DNA of 51,277 nucleotides from a virus (Duplodnaviria; Heunggongvirae; Uroviricota; Caudoviricetes): IMG/VR virus record IMGVR_UViG_2851955134_000001; one strand, 5' to 3'. Shown piece by piece: positions 21,293 to 31,711 of this stretch (position 1 is its first letter; each line of letters starts with the position of its first letter). The notes under the pieces were generated by a model. It saw only the letters and a program-made list of their open reading frames with translations, ran no database searches and was not told where the DNA came from. The position numbers and the translations under genes were made by a program.

Positions 21293-22874
21293 GTGGTGTT
21301 GTCTCCTCTTCCGGCCTGCGACTCGCCGCTATCTGCTGCTGATACGCCTGCGCTATCCACACCGGACGTGAGAGTCCGGCTTTTTCCCGCTCTGCAGATT
21401 CCCTGACCTGCTGGCGGAAAATGTCCTGATAATCCTCACCCATCAGCGCCAGCTCTTTCTCATACGTGCTCAGTCCGGCCTCAATGCGCATCACCGATTC
21501 CTGGACCTCCTTGAGCCCGTCAATGGCCATTCTTCCGGCTCCAATCCACTCTGCCCGTGACCAGGATGAACGCGCCTGATAAAAATCAAAACGCGCCCGT
21601 GGCGGACGAATAATCCCCCGCAGAAGAGCCTCTTCCAGCCAGCAGGAAAACATCTGCGTGGCCAGCCGGGCCGCAATAAATTTTCGCCGCCCCATAAAAT
21701 AGCGCCACGACTCATTGGCGGAGGCGCGGGCACTTGAATAACTGACCTTCGAGTAATCACGGGACAACTGTTCGTAGGAAACGCCAAGACCGGCGGCGAT
21801 ATACCGCAGCAGCGCCTGTTCAAGCGCAGAAAATCCATTGTCTGAATCCTGCGCAGTCTGTAGTTTCAGATCATCACCGGGGAAAAGGTGCGGAATTTTG
21901 ACACCGCCCAGTGTCACGTTATTCGTGTCATACCAGCTGGAGAACTTCTCCAGAATATTAATAAGCGGATTATCCTTCTGCCCCTCCGGCGCACCGGCGA
22001 TATATTCAAAGGCCTTTTCGGTATCAAGTTCACTTTCAATCGTCGCTGCATACATCGCCTTCACTATGGCTGACTGAAGCTGTGTTGCCTGCAGGGAATC
22101 GAGCATTTTCAGCCGTTCCATGACGCTGTAAAACTGATTAGCCCCACGGGTCTGCCCGTCCTCAACCGGCTCGAAAATATGCAGCATGGCCGGACGCCCG
22201 GTGGGAAGTTCACGCGGGATCCGTTCCCATCGTCCACTACCAGAGAGCGGAAAATCATCCTCACAGATATGGTACGCAACGGCCCGTCCATGCCGATCGA
22301 CCTCCACCCCGGCCCGCAGAAAGCGGTTCCCCAAACCGTATCCTGGCGTGTCCACCCGTTTCGGACTCACGGCTTTAAAACGCGTACGAAACAGCTGCGT
22401 AGTCTCCGCATCCCAGACCGGCTGCACAAAGATTTCGCCGTTAAACGCATGAACACCCACGCCTTCACGGATAAATTCCGTGAACGTGCGTTTTCCTTCC
22501 ACGTCGATCTCGCCAGACATCCCTTCGGCGTATTCCGACCAGGCCGCCTCCACCTCATCGACAAAGCTTTTTGCTGCGGTCTCCCGCATCCCCAGCCAGC
22601 GCCAGTTCGGACGGTAGCTGATCAGAAACATATGCCCGACTATGTGATCCTTATGCAGGGCCACCGCATTAGCCGCTATTCCGTTATTGCGCACCAGATC
22701 ATCTGCGCGGGCATTCCCCAGACGCAACGCGGGCAGCAGGGCCGCATCGACACTCTGCGCCGGTGGCAACCACTCCGCCATTTGCCCGCCAAATCCTGCG
22801 CCGCCCCCGTTGTAGCTGAGACTCTCACGAAGCGGAACGCCGTTCACATCAATCAGGACAGGCGTTCTTTTCAT
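21282..22874 (-). CDS. B: portal protein B
   Basis: 530 aa, lambda gpB-like. Confidence 0.9.
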   Translation of the reverse strand: MKRTPVLIDVNGVPLRESLSYNGGGAGFGGQMAEWLPPAQSVDAALLPALRLGNARADDLVRNNGIAANAVALHKDHIVGHMFLISYRPNWRWLGMRETAAKSFVDEVEAAWSEYAEGMSGEIDVEGKRTFTEFIREGVGVHAFNGEIFVQPVWDAETTQLFRTRFKAVSPKRVDTPGYGLGNRFLRAGVEVDRHGRAVAYHICEDDFPLSGSGRWERIPRELPTGRPAMLHIFEPVEDGQTRGANQFYSVMERLKMLDSLQATQLQSAIVKAMYAATIESELDTEKAFEYIAGAPEGQKDNPLINILEKFSSWYDTNNVTLGGVKIPHLFPGDDLKLQTAQDSDNGFSALEQALLRYIAAGLGVSYEQLSRDYSKVSYSSARASANESWRYFMGRRKFIAARLATQMFSCWLEEALLRGIIRPPRARFDFYQARSSWSRAEWIGAGRMAIDGLKEVQESVMRIEAGLSTYEKELALMGEDYQDIFRQQVRESAEREKAGLSRPVWIAQAYQQQIAASRRPEEETTPRET

Positions 22875-23077
22875 AACCTCACTCCCAGCGGACGACGGCG
22901 ACGTCGGGTTGTCCCCAGTACCGACTCCGCATCATTGATCGCCCGGTTAAGCTCATCCAGAGAAGCCGCCGTATATTCAATTCTGCGACCATCTTTCTGG
23001 ACAGACACCACCCGTTTACCGGTTAATAAATCAAGGCGCGCCTGACGCAGCGCCTGCAGTTCAGCGACTGTAACCAT
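22871..23077 (-). CDS. W: head-tail joining protein W
   Basis: 68 aa, lambda gpW-like (…GKRVVSVQKDGRR…). Confidence 0.9.
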   Translation of the reverse strand: MVTVAELQALRQARLDLLTGKRVVSVQKDGRRIEYTAASLDELNRAINDAESVLGTTRRRRRPLGVRL

Positions 23078-24989
23078 TCACTCCTCCGGACAGCTTCGCT
23101 GCCAGTTCTTTAAGGGTTGGCCGGGTCGTCTCTTCTTCCCGGGATTTTGCCAGTACAGCCAGATCAAGCTGCCAGCGTTGCACGGACACACGTAATGCCG
23201 CGTAGGCATACACCAGGCAGTCCAGCGCTTCGTTACGCCGCTTTTTGTTATCCCACAGCAGACGCATCTTTCCTTTTTCCCACTTCTCCACAAGCTCTTC
23301 CGCGACCAGTTGCTGCGCCTCTGTCTGCGAAAAAATCTCCGGATCATCAGGAAAACGGATGGCATACGACGTGGATTCATCCGCAGGCGTGGGAGCGGCT
23401 TTCATACGGGCATAGAGAATTTCTTTTGCGGTGTCTGTCCCCACTTCACACAGATACACGCCCCGCTGATTGCGGGTTTTTGGCATGGTGATCACCGGCT
23501 TGCCATAGACAGATGCGCCTTTTACCGGCAGCACCCGGAAAACACCGTGTTTTTTTGACCTCTGATAAACGATTTCGCCATCGATCCCCCCGATGTCCCA
23601 GCAGACACGGGAAATGGTCATTTCGGTTCCGTCTGCATGGCGGTATTTTTTGTTGATCGCTGCATCCACACGTAACAGCGTCTCTTCCTCATCGGGACGT
23701 CCCATAATGATGATTTTATCCACCAGAAAGGCTTCCTCTCCCGGAGCCCATCCCCAGACATACATCTCAAAACGGTTTCGCTGCGAGTCAATGCCCGCCG
23801 TCAGATAAACCACCCGGGCAGGCACCGCCGCCGTGTAACGCACAACCTTATCCATCAGTACCTGGTGATCGAGTTTTTCGCCCACGGCCTCTTCCCAGGT
23901 CTCGCCCAGCGTGGTGTTCACAAAGGTTTTCAGGCCGTTGGGATCTTTCAGTGCATCCAGCCAGTCATAGACTATCTGTACCCAGGTGGTGAACGGACTG
24001 TACGCCGTCCAGATATGGAAAGTGATGGAGCGCGGCGGCGGAATTTCATCACCCCGGGCGCTGAAAAACATCAGGCCGTCACGGGTCCACATCCCCGTGT
24101 TTTCACAGATCCACCGCCCGTTACTCTGGTCAAGCTCAGACTGATGGATCACGCAACCATGATGTTCACAGAGGTAGAAAACGCTTTCGGGGCTGTTCTT
24201 CTCCCATTTAAGGCCAAAAGGCGAGGCATCATCACCAAATTTCAGATACTGCTCCTCCCCACAGTGCGGGCAGGGCACATAAAAACGCATGAAATGTGCC
24301 GACTCGTTAGCGGCTTTTTCGATCTGGCAGGAGCCTTTGATTTTAGGCGTCGAGCCGCGAATGGATTTTGGCCATACAGAGCCCTCAATACGCTTATCCC
24401 CCAGCAGGGTTGGCGAGCCCTCTTTTTCAACATCAGGTTCAAACGATGAGAGTTCGTCATAGCAGACCACGTCCACGGATTTTTCACGGTAGTTTTTTGC
24501 TGCCGCACCACCCAGGCACCAGAAGCCCACACCCGATGAAAAGCGTTTCAGCGTGAGAGTATTGTCACGATGTTTACGCCCCAGCCATGGAGAAAGGTCT
24601 TTCAGACATGGCACATCCCGAATCGTCGCCTCCACGTGAGACTTCATAAAATCTTCAGCGGCAGAATCCGTGGGCTGAAAAAGCAGACTGTTTCGGGATT
24701 TATGCTCAATAAAATACCCGACCACCCCCAGCAACATCTTTGTATAACCAATACGGGCAGATTTAATCAGGTTAACAGTGCGGATCTGATCATTCCCCAT
24801 ACAGTTCATGATGGCGATCTGGAACGGCAGCGTTTTCCATTCTCCCTCACCATATGAAGATTCTTTAGGCAGATAATAATTTTGATCAGCCCATTCAACT
24901 GGCGTCACCGGCAATGCCCTTATCAGGGGCTGTAATGCTGTTGTGACAGCACTCATCATATTATTCAGTTGTTGCTCTGATATATTCAT
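23061..24989 (-). CDS. A: terminase large subunit A
   Basis: MNISEQQLNNMM... closely matches recalled lambda gpA; ATG at 24989. Confidence 0.9.
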   Translation of the reverse strand: MNISEQQLNNMMSAVTTALQPLIRALPVTPVEWADQNYYLPKESSYGEGEWKTLPFQIAIMNCMGNDQIRTVNLIKSARIGYTKMLLGVVGYFIEHKSRNSLLFQPTDSAAEDFMKSHVEATIRDVPCLKDLSPWLGRKHRDNTLTLKRFSSGVGFWCLGGAAAKNYREKSVDVVCYDELSSFEPDVEKEGSPTLLGDKRIEGSVWPKSIRGSTPKIKGSCQIEKAANESAHFMRFYVPCPHCGEEQYLKFGDDASPFGLKWEKNSPESVFYLCEHHGCVIHQSELDQSNGRWICENTGMWTRDGLMFFSARGDEIPPPRSITFHIWTAYSPFTTWVQIVYDWLDALKDPNGLKTFVNTTLGETWEEAVGEKLDHQVLMDKVVRYTAAVPARVVYLTAGIDSQRNRFEMYVWGWAPGEEAFLVDKIIIMGRPDEEETLLRVDAAINKKYRHADGTEMTISRVCWDIGGIDGEIVYQRSKKHGVFRVLPVKGASVYGKPVITMPKTRNQRGVYLCEVGTDTAKEILYARMKAAPTPADESTSYAIRFPDDPEIFSQTEAQQLVAEELVEKWEKGKMRLLWDNKKRRNEALDCLVYAYAALRVSVQRWQLDLAVLAKSREEETTRPTLKELAAKLSGGVNGYSR

Positions 24990-25470
24990 CGAGTAAATCC
25001 GGTAATTTATCCCCTGCCCGCGCACACTGATTTGCCCCCTTCGCAATAAGGGTTTTCAGATGGTCAAGATGGCGCGGTGTTAAATCAGGAAACTGTCGTT
25101 GCATGGATAAAGGGATGGAATCAAGCGTACTGGATAACGCCATTGCCAGCTTGCTGAGGGCAAAAATACAGAACCCGGTGTCAATAAGTTTTCCTTTTGA
25201 CACCTCATTTTTTAACTGCTGTGTAACAGCCTGTTCTGCTGTCAGTTCCCATCTGGCAATAAGCAATTTCTCCTCATAGTCGTCTTCGCTATCGCCATCA
25301 GGCACATCGTTTTTACTTCTTCTCAGATACGATATGTAAAAATCACGCCAGGCATCCAGATCCAGTTGCCCTCGCTTATTCGATATCGGGGCACCCGGCA
25401 ATTTCTGCAGTCTGCGAAGCTGGCGATCGGTCAGACTCAAATGCCTGGCAACTTCAGTCTGCGTAGCCAC
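24961..25470 (-). CDS. nu1: terminase small subunit Nu1
   Basis: GTG start with GAGGTG RBS; N-terminal HTH and C-terminal region resemble recalled lambda gpNu1; overlaps the A start as in lambda. Confidence 0.8.
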   Translation of the reverse strand: MATQTEVARHLSLTDRQLRRLQKLPGAPISNKRGQLDLDAWRDFYISYLRRSKNDVPDGDSEDDYEEKLLIARWELTAEQAVTQQLKNEVSKGKLIDTGFCIFALSKLAMALSSTLDSIPLSMQRQFPDLTPRHLDHLKTLIAKGANQCARAGDKLPDLLDEYIRATTE

Positions 25471-25544
25471 TGTTCACCTCGCAAAAAATCTCCCCTCATG
25501 CGTTTTAAACATGCATCTTGCGAGCAACTTTATGCAAACGCACG

Positions 25545-25694
25545 CATATGTCCGGTTTGTTTGTACATTTTTTGCACATGTCCGGTTCGCAGAAAGCATG
25601 TTTTTATATTTTTCATATAGTTAACTTGCAGAGAAACCGGACATGGATCCCGAAAAATTTTCATAAATAGTGAAAAACCGCGAGGTCGACGCCC
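25545..25694 (-). promoter_or_regulatory. cos site: cosN cohesive-end sequence plus cosB with three R-type repeats
   Basis: aggtcgacgccc at 25683-25694 is the reverse complement of GGGCGTCGACCT (one mismatch to recalled lambda cosN) and adjacent sequence mirrors the lambda left end; CATGTCCGG repeats at 25545-25559, 25576-25590 and inverted at 25635-25646. Confidence 0.7.
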
Positions 25695-25893
25695 CGTAAC
25701 GGGTCCACATGCCGGAAAGGACCCGCAAAATGATAATAATTATCATCTATATGTCACAACGTGCATCTACGCCATCAAACCACGTCAAATAATAAATTAT
25801 GACGCAGGTATCGTATTAATTGATCTGCATCAACTTAACGTAAAAACAACTTCAGACAATACAAATCAGCGACACTGAATACGGGGCAACCTC

Positions 25894-26088
25894 ATGTCAA
25901 CGAAGAACAAAACCCGCAGAACAACAACCCGCAACATCCGCTTTCCTAACCAAATGATTGAACAAATTAACATCGCTCTTGAGCAAAAAGGGTCCGGGAA
26001 TTTCTCAGCCTGGGTCATTGAAGCCTGCCGTCGGAGACTAACGTCAGAAAAGAGAGCATATACATCAATCCAAAGAGATGATGAATAA
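25894..26088 (+). CDS. small ribbon-helix-helix-like DNA-binding protein (orphan)
   Basis: 64 aa; predicted beta-strand then two helices (NIRFPNQMIEQINIALEQ...FSAWVIEACRRRL) typical of RHH regulators; ATG at 25894. Confidence 0.45.
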   Translation: MSTKNKTRRTTTRNIRFPNQMIEQINIALEQKGSGNFSAWVIEACRRRLTSEKRAYTSIQRDDE

Positions 26089-26095
26089 ACATCCC

Positions 26096-26268
26096 GGTTT
26101 CTTCCACCATCGCACCGGAAAAGCGACTATGAGGGTAACCCTGCGTCTGTCAGCACAGTAAAACCCGGTGTGCATCGTTTTTGATTATTCCCGCACACTC
26201 GCGCAGAGGAGTTCCCCGTCGGGCTACGGTCTCTGTTAATACGGGAATACGGCGACGATACAGCGCAT
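26096..26268. repeat. copy A of a ~170-bp direct repeat (69-bp core identical to copy B)
   Basis: Core gtaaaacccggtgtgcatcgtttttgattattcccgcacactcgcgcagaggagttccccgtcgggctacggtc is shared exactly with 29149-29217. Confidence 0.85.
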
Positions 26269-26317
26269 GATGTGTCAGGCTTGAATACCTTTATCCGTTA
26301 AAAGGGATATCAGTTAA

Positions 26318-27512
<1,195 letters not shown>

Positions 27513-27581
27513 TTAAGTTATCCCGTACAGGGCATAAGCCATTATCAAAGCCACTCTGTAGCGAATGGCTTTTGTAATGGA

Positions 27582-28031
27582 CTATTTAATTAGTGATGCT
27601 GCGTATTCGATTAGATATAACTTAGGTGCCAGCCAGATTTTTAACCATGTCATATTGGTTACTGCACAAATAATAAAAATCCCCCACATAGTCAAAACTC
27701 CAACCAATGGCACGATAAGAAGATTAATATCACCTTTGCTATCCCAAACCATTGTCGGCCTGTATTTGGGATTTCCCTTCTCCCATGAATATCCTTCATC
27801 ACCGATTTTACCTGTCTCAACTCTTTGGCACTGCTTCTTCATAAACCAGAAAACCAGAGGGATTGTTGAAATGGCTATTAATGTTTTAATCAGGCTATCA
27901 ACCATATTCCATACCAGCAACTGATGAACAACATCCGGAATCTGAGCCTGACTGAATGCAATGGCGGAATCAATTCCATCGCTGGCCTTCTGCAATAAAT
28001 CAACAAGAATTTTATTTTCTTCTTCTTGCAT
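27582..28031 (-). CDS. small membrane protein (2-3 predicted TM helices), unknown function; second gene of a two-gene moron
   Basis: ATG at 28031 (the track ORF begins at an upstream TTG); hydrophobic stretches LIKTLIAISTIPLVFWFM and INLLIVPLVGVLTMWGIFIICAV; AT-rich. Confidence 0.5.
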   Translation of the reverse strand: MQEEENKILVDLLQKASDGIDSAIAFSQAQIPDVVHQLLVWNMVDSLIKTLIAISTIPLVFWFMKKQCQRVETGKIGDEGYSWEKGNPKYRPTMVWDSKGDINLLIVPLVGVLTMWGIFIICAVTNMTWLKIWLAPKLYLIEYAASLIK

Positions 28032-28154
28032 GTTTATATCCTGTAAGTTGTAAGCCTGTTCGAAAAAAACAAACAACTACGAGAGACAGAAAAAATATCT
28101 CAGGCTCTCTTTCTATAAGCTTTTAGTTGAGGATGTTCTGCAAAACAAAACTGG

Positions 28155-29021
28155 TTAGTTATGTAACTGCTTCCGGAATACAACAGCCGACGAGCTACAA
28201 CGTAAAATTCGTTTGATTGTGGCAGTTGAGGAAACAGATTTGCATTTCTCAATATCATCAATGATGACCACATCCGGTACAGGCATGATGCGGGTATGCA
28301 ATGTTTTTGCACTAATAACATCACAGCCATTCAGTGGTCGAATATCTGCATCTTCAGGCACTACCAGAAGCACACGTTTCTCCGGTGCAGAAAAGCCAGC
28401 AGCAAGAGTTCGCGACAATAAAGTCATTCCACTACGTGGTTTCATACAGATTTCAGAAATATGATTCTTTTCGTCCAAATGATGCTGAACATCACTTTTA
28501 TCATCACTCAACAACTCTGCTGTTAATACAACCCCTGCTGTCTCAGATTTCCAGGAAATACTGATATCCTGATCATCTGCATCTGCATCAACATCATATT
28601 TCATCGAGTAAGGACTAAAGCTACGTCCAACGAACGTATCGTTTACCAGTATACGCCCCCCCTGTCTGACCTGAAAGTCAACGCGCCCTGAAAGCTGATT
28701 TACTGTTACAAGCAATGCCTTTTTTCTTTTTGTTTTATTACTCATTGCCACAAACTGTTCAGCCATCTCTCTTGTCACACTACCAGAAACTCTTTCTTGA
28801 ATTTTCACAGTAAAATTTCTGGATGTAGTAGCATCGACATTAAAAAATCTGGATGTCATCAGGCAGTTATTAACAATTGGCATCAGCTCACTTACGATTG
28901 TAAAAAATTCCCGGTAAAGCTCATTTTGCTTTTCAACACACAGCTTTCCACAATCGTCCAGCTTACGCTCAAGAGCACTTAACCTTTCCATTATTGAATT
29001 AATTTTTTGCAACTCTTTCAT
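28155..29021 (-). CDS. uncharacterised ~288-aa protein with N-terminal coiled-coil; first gene of a two-gene moron
   Basis: ATG at 29021 preceded by AGGAGG RBS; no motif recognised; AT-rich codon usage unlike neighbouring phage genes. Confidence 0.55.
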   Translation of the reverse strand: MKELQKINSIMERLSALERKLDDCGKLCVEKQNELYREFFTIVSELMPIVNNCLMTSRFFNVDATTSRNFTVKIQERVSGSVTREMAEQFVAMSNKTKRKKALLVTVNQLSGRVDFQVRQGGRILVNDTFVGRSFSPYSMKYDVDADADDQDISISWKSETAGVVLTAELLSDDKSDVQHHLDEKNHISEICMKPRSGMTLLSRTLAAGFSAPEKRVLLVVPEDADIRPLNGCDVISAKTLHTRIMPVPDVVIIDDIEKCKSVSSTATIKRILRCSSSAVVFRKQLHN

Positions 29022-29082
29022 CAAAACCTCCTGACAAAGATACCGTGCGACCACGGTCGCACGCTCCTGAATACATGCCCTG

Positions 29083-29256
29083 TTTCTTCCACCCTCGCAC
29101 AGGACTGGCGAGCATGAGGGACAAACCCGCGAATCATTAGCGCGGTAAAAACCCGGTGTGCATCGTTTTTGATTATTCCCGCACACTCGCGCAGAGGAGT
29201 TCCCCGTCGGGCTACGGTCATGGTTAATGCGGGAATACGGCGACGATGCAGCGCAG
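29083..29256. repeat. copy B of the ~170-bp direct repeat
   Basis: Same 69-bp core as copy A, with ~80%-similar flanks. Confidence 0.85.
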
Positions 29257-29436
29257 CTAAAAGGGTAATGGACGGATAGACCGGTTTATTTCATTCTACA
29301 GGATTCTGAGTGTCCCCAACTCCCTCCAATCGTCTGAGCGCCACCTGTGTAGTTTTAATTTTCATCAATCCATTTAACTATCGTTTAATTGTTGTCACAT
29401 AGGATTCTGCCGTTTTTAACAATGCAGGATAATAAG

Positions 29437-29730
29437 ATGAAAAAAATGTTGTTTTCTGCCGCTCTGGCAATGCTTATTACAGGATGTGCTCAACAGACGT
29501 TTACTGTTGGAAACAAACCTACAGCAGTAACACCAAAGGAAACCATCACCCATCATTTCTTCGTTTCGGGAATTGGGCAGAAGAAAACTGTCGATGCAGC
29601 AAAAATTTGTGGTGGTGCAGAAAATGTGGTTAAAACAGAAACCCAGCAAACATTCGTAAATGGATTGCTCGGTTTCATCACTTTTGGCATTTATACTCCG
29701 CTGGAAGCGCGGGTGTATTGCTCAAAATAA
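29437..29730 (+). CDS. bor: Bor lipoprotein (serum resistance)
   Basis: MKKMLFSAALAMLITGCAQQTFTV... matches recalled lambda Bor; lipobox; opposite strand to the lysis genes as in lambda. Confidence 0.85.
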   Translation: MKKMLFSAALAMLITGCAQQTFTVGNKPTAVTPKETITHHFFVSGIGQKKTVDAAKICGGAENVVKTETQQTFVNGLLGFITFGIYTPLEARVYCSK

Positions 29731-29761
29731 TTGCATGAGTTGCCCATTGATATGGGCAGCT

Positions 29762-30238
29762 CTATCTGCACTGCTCATTAATATACTTCTGGGTTCCTTC
29801 CAGTTGTTTTTGCATAGTGATCAACCTCTCTCTGAGGGTGAAATAATCCCGTTCAGCGGTGTCTTCCAGTCGGGGGCTGGTTGCATTATCCACGCCGGAG
29901 GCGGTGGTGGCTTCACGCACTGACTGACAGACTGCTTTGATGTGCAACCGACGACGACCAGCGGCAACATCATCACGCAGAGCATCATTTTCAGCTTTCG
30001 CATCAGCTAACTCCTTCGTGTATTTTGCATCGAGCGCAGCAACATCACGCTGACGCATCTGCATGTCAGTAATTGCCACGTTCGCCAGCTTCAGTTCTCT
30101 GGCATTTTTGTCGCGCTGGGCTTTGTAGGCGATGGCGTTATCACGGTAATGATTGACCGCCCACGACAGGCAGACGATGATGCAGATAACCAGAGCATAA
30201 ATAATCGCGGCGACTCTGCTCACTGATCTATCCCCCAA
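29762..30238 (-). CDS. Rz: spanin inner-membrane subunit Rz
   Basis: Matches recalled lambda Rz (…[25 protein letters not shown]…). Confidence 0.85.
   Translation of the reverse strand: MGDRSVSRVAAIIYALVICIIVCLSWAVNHYRDNAIAYKAQRDKNARELKLANVAITDMQMRQRDVAALDAKYTKELADAKAENDALRDDVAAGRRRLHIKAVCQSVREATTASGVDNATSPRLEDTAERDYFTLRERLITMQKQLEGTQKYINEQCR
29821..30003 (-). CDS. Rz1: spanin outer-membrane lipoprotein Rz1, embedded in Rz in another frame
   Basis: 60-aa ORF inside Rz with signal peptide, lipobox VVGC and a proline-rich stretch. Confidence 0.7.
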   Translation of the reverse strand: MRKLKMMLCVMMLPLVVVGCTSKQSVSQCVKPPPPPAWIMQPAPDWKTPLNGIISPSERG

Positions 30239-30753
30239 CAGGCTAATGCGCTTTCCTGGTCACGACGAATAACCTGTCCATAGCAGTTATTTGAACGTAT
30301 GCGGCAATCGCGCCCACCATCCTTTATCCACCAGCGAATCGCCTCGCAGGCGCCCTTACGATCACCGGCATTAAGCCGCTTATAAAACGTCGACGGGAAA
30401 CACTTACCAGGGCCAATGTTATAGGGACAGAATGACGCGATACCGGCTTTCTGTGGCTCGGTCAGTGGAACTTTAATATTGCGATCCACCCATGCCAGAG
30501 CCTTATCCCGTTCAATAGCGTTAACCTGATCGCATTTTTCCTTCGACAGCTTCATTCCGGGAAAAACGTGTTTTCCATCCACCATCGTGGCACCCCGACA
30601 GATGGTCCATATACCGGAGCCATCACGGTATGCCGTAGTGTGATTACCTTCTTTTTCGTCCAGAAACTGGTCAAGAATGACGGGAGCGGATGCACCTGCA
30701 GCAATCAACGCCAGAACGGCAGCCGACAGGCCGTATCTGATTTTTGTGCTCAT
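30220..30753 (-). CDS. SAR endolysin (T4-lysozyme-like, phage-21 R type)
   Basis: N-terminal signal-arrest-release-like hydrophobic segment [18 protein letters not shown], then lysozyme-like region. Confidence 0.8.
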   Translation of the reverse strand: MSTKIRYGLSAAVLALIAAGASAPVILDQFLDEKEGNHTTAYRDGSGIWTICRGATMVDGKHVFPGMKLSKEKCDQVNAIERDKALAWVDRNIKVPLTEPQKAGIASFCPYNIGPGKCFPSTFYKRLNAGDRKGACEAIRWWIKDGGRDCRIRSNNCYGQVIRRDQESALACWGIDQ

Positions 30754-30877
30754 GGATATTTATCGTTTTCTGAACCCTGGATATGTTAAAGCCTCAGCCC
30801 GCCAGTAGTGTAGTGGGCACTGGCGTTCCGGTTAAGGCTCGGGTGGTTGGCTGAGCTACCCCATCTAAGGATCTGAT

Positions 30878-31117
30878 ATGAAAAAAGAAACTTTTATTAA
30901 TGTTACAGCGGACTGTTCATCCCCCAACTCAACAACAGGAGAAATTGAGGCTCTTAAATATATGATTGCAGTTATGTTTTCTGTATTAGACCAGAATGAA
31001 AAAAATGCTATCATTTATCAATTAACAGAACATGCAGATAATCCATATATCAAAAGCAATATCGAAATGCTGCTACCAATGAAAGATATTGGAAAGCCAA
31101 CTGAGACAAAAGGTTAA
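30878..31117 (+). CDS. hypothetical protein on the antisense strand within the lysis cassette
   Basis: 79-aa AT-rich ORF; no similarity recognised. Confidence 0.35.
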   Translation: MKKETFINVTADCSSPNSTTGEIEALKYMIAVMFSVLDQNEKNAIIYQLTEHADNPYIKSNIEMLLPMKDIGKPTETKG

Positions 31118-31425
31118 AAACCAGCAATTGAGTTATCTGAACCGTTAATTTTTATGGTATACCGCGCCTCTGAATGGAGGCGCTTTTCCGGCAACGACCA
31201 CGCTTCACATAACCCGGCAGCAGCATCCATAAAAATCTTCTTCGCTCGTTTTTTCGCCTCTGCTTCATAAAGCTCCAGCGCTGCGCCGTCAACACGATCA
31301 AGCTTAATCACCACATGCGGCGAAAACAGCGTCGGATAGCCGTCGCTCTCCAGCGCCACAGTAACCACAACCTTATCCGGGTGACTACTTATCCCTTTAA
31401 TAACCAGTTCGTATTTTTTATTCAT
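31114..31425 (-). CDS. hypothetical protein between holin and endolysin
   Basis: 103-aa ORF in operon frame; unknown. Confidence 0.45.
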   Translation of the reverse strand: MNKKYELVIKGISSHPDKVVVTVALESDGYPTLFSPHVVIKLDRVDGAALELYEAEAKKRAKKIFMDAAAGLCEAWSLPEKRLHSEARYTIKINGSDNSIAGF

Positions 31426-31428
31426 CGC

Positions 31429-31644
31429 CTACTCTCCCCGCGCCGCCTTGCGACGGTCCTCTTTTATCTTGAAGTACAGATTCGTCAGATAAGTCAGAAA
31501 GCCCAGTGCCAGACTCCCCAGCACACCAATAGCAGCCCACTGTGACGGACTGACCTGATCAATCCACTGTAAAAACCAGTACCCGGCACTACCTGCTGAG
31601 GTGCCATAGGCAACACCCGTTGTTAACTTATCCATGGATTTCAT
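31429..31644 (-). CDS. pinholin (phage-21 S21 type, dual-start motif MKSMDK)
   Basis: [45 protein letters not shown]... matches recalled S21. Confidence 0.85.
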   Translation of the reverse strand: MKSMDKLTTGVAYGTSAGSAGYWFLQWIDQVSPSQWAAIGVLGSLALGFLTYLTNLYFKIKEDRRKAARGE

Positions 31645-31711
31645 AACCCCACCTCGCAGATGCGGGTGCTGTGTAATGGAAATAAAAAGGCCACCTGACG
31701 TGGCCACCAGA

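Noticed and set aside
22179-23045. 288-aa plus-strand ORF
   Set aside because: Antisense to the portal gene B and W; no supporting signals
28155-29186. Longer 343-aa version of the moron protein
   Set aside because: Upstream extension is Cys/Arg-rich and runs through repeat copy B; the ATG at 29021 has an AGGAGG RBS
30790-30870. Possible tRNA between the endolysin gene and the antisense ORF
   Set aside because: Could not fold a cloverleaf with acceptor stem and T-loop consensus by eye; needs tRNAscan to exclude fully
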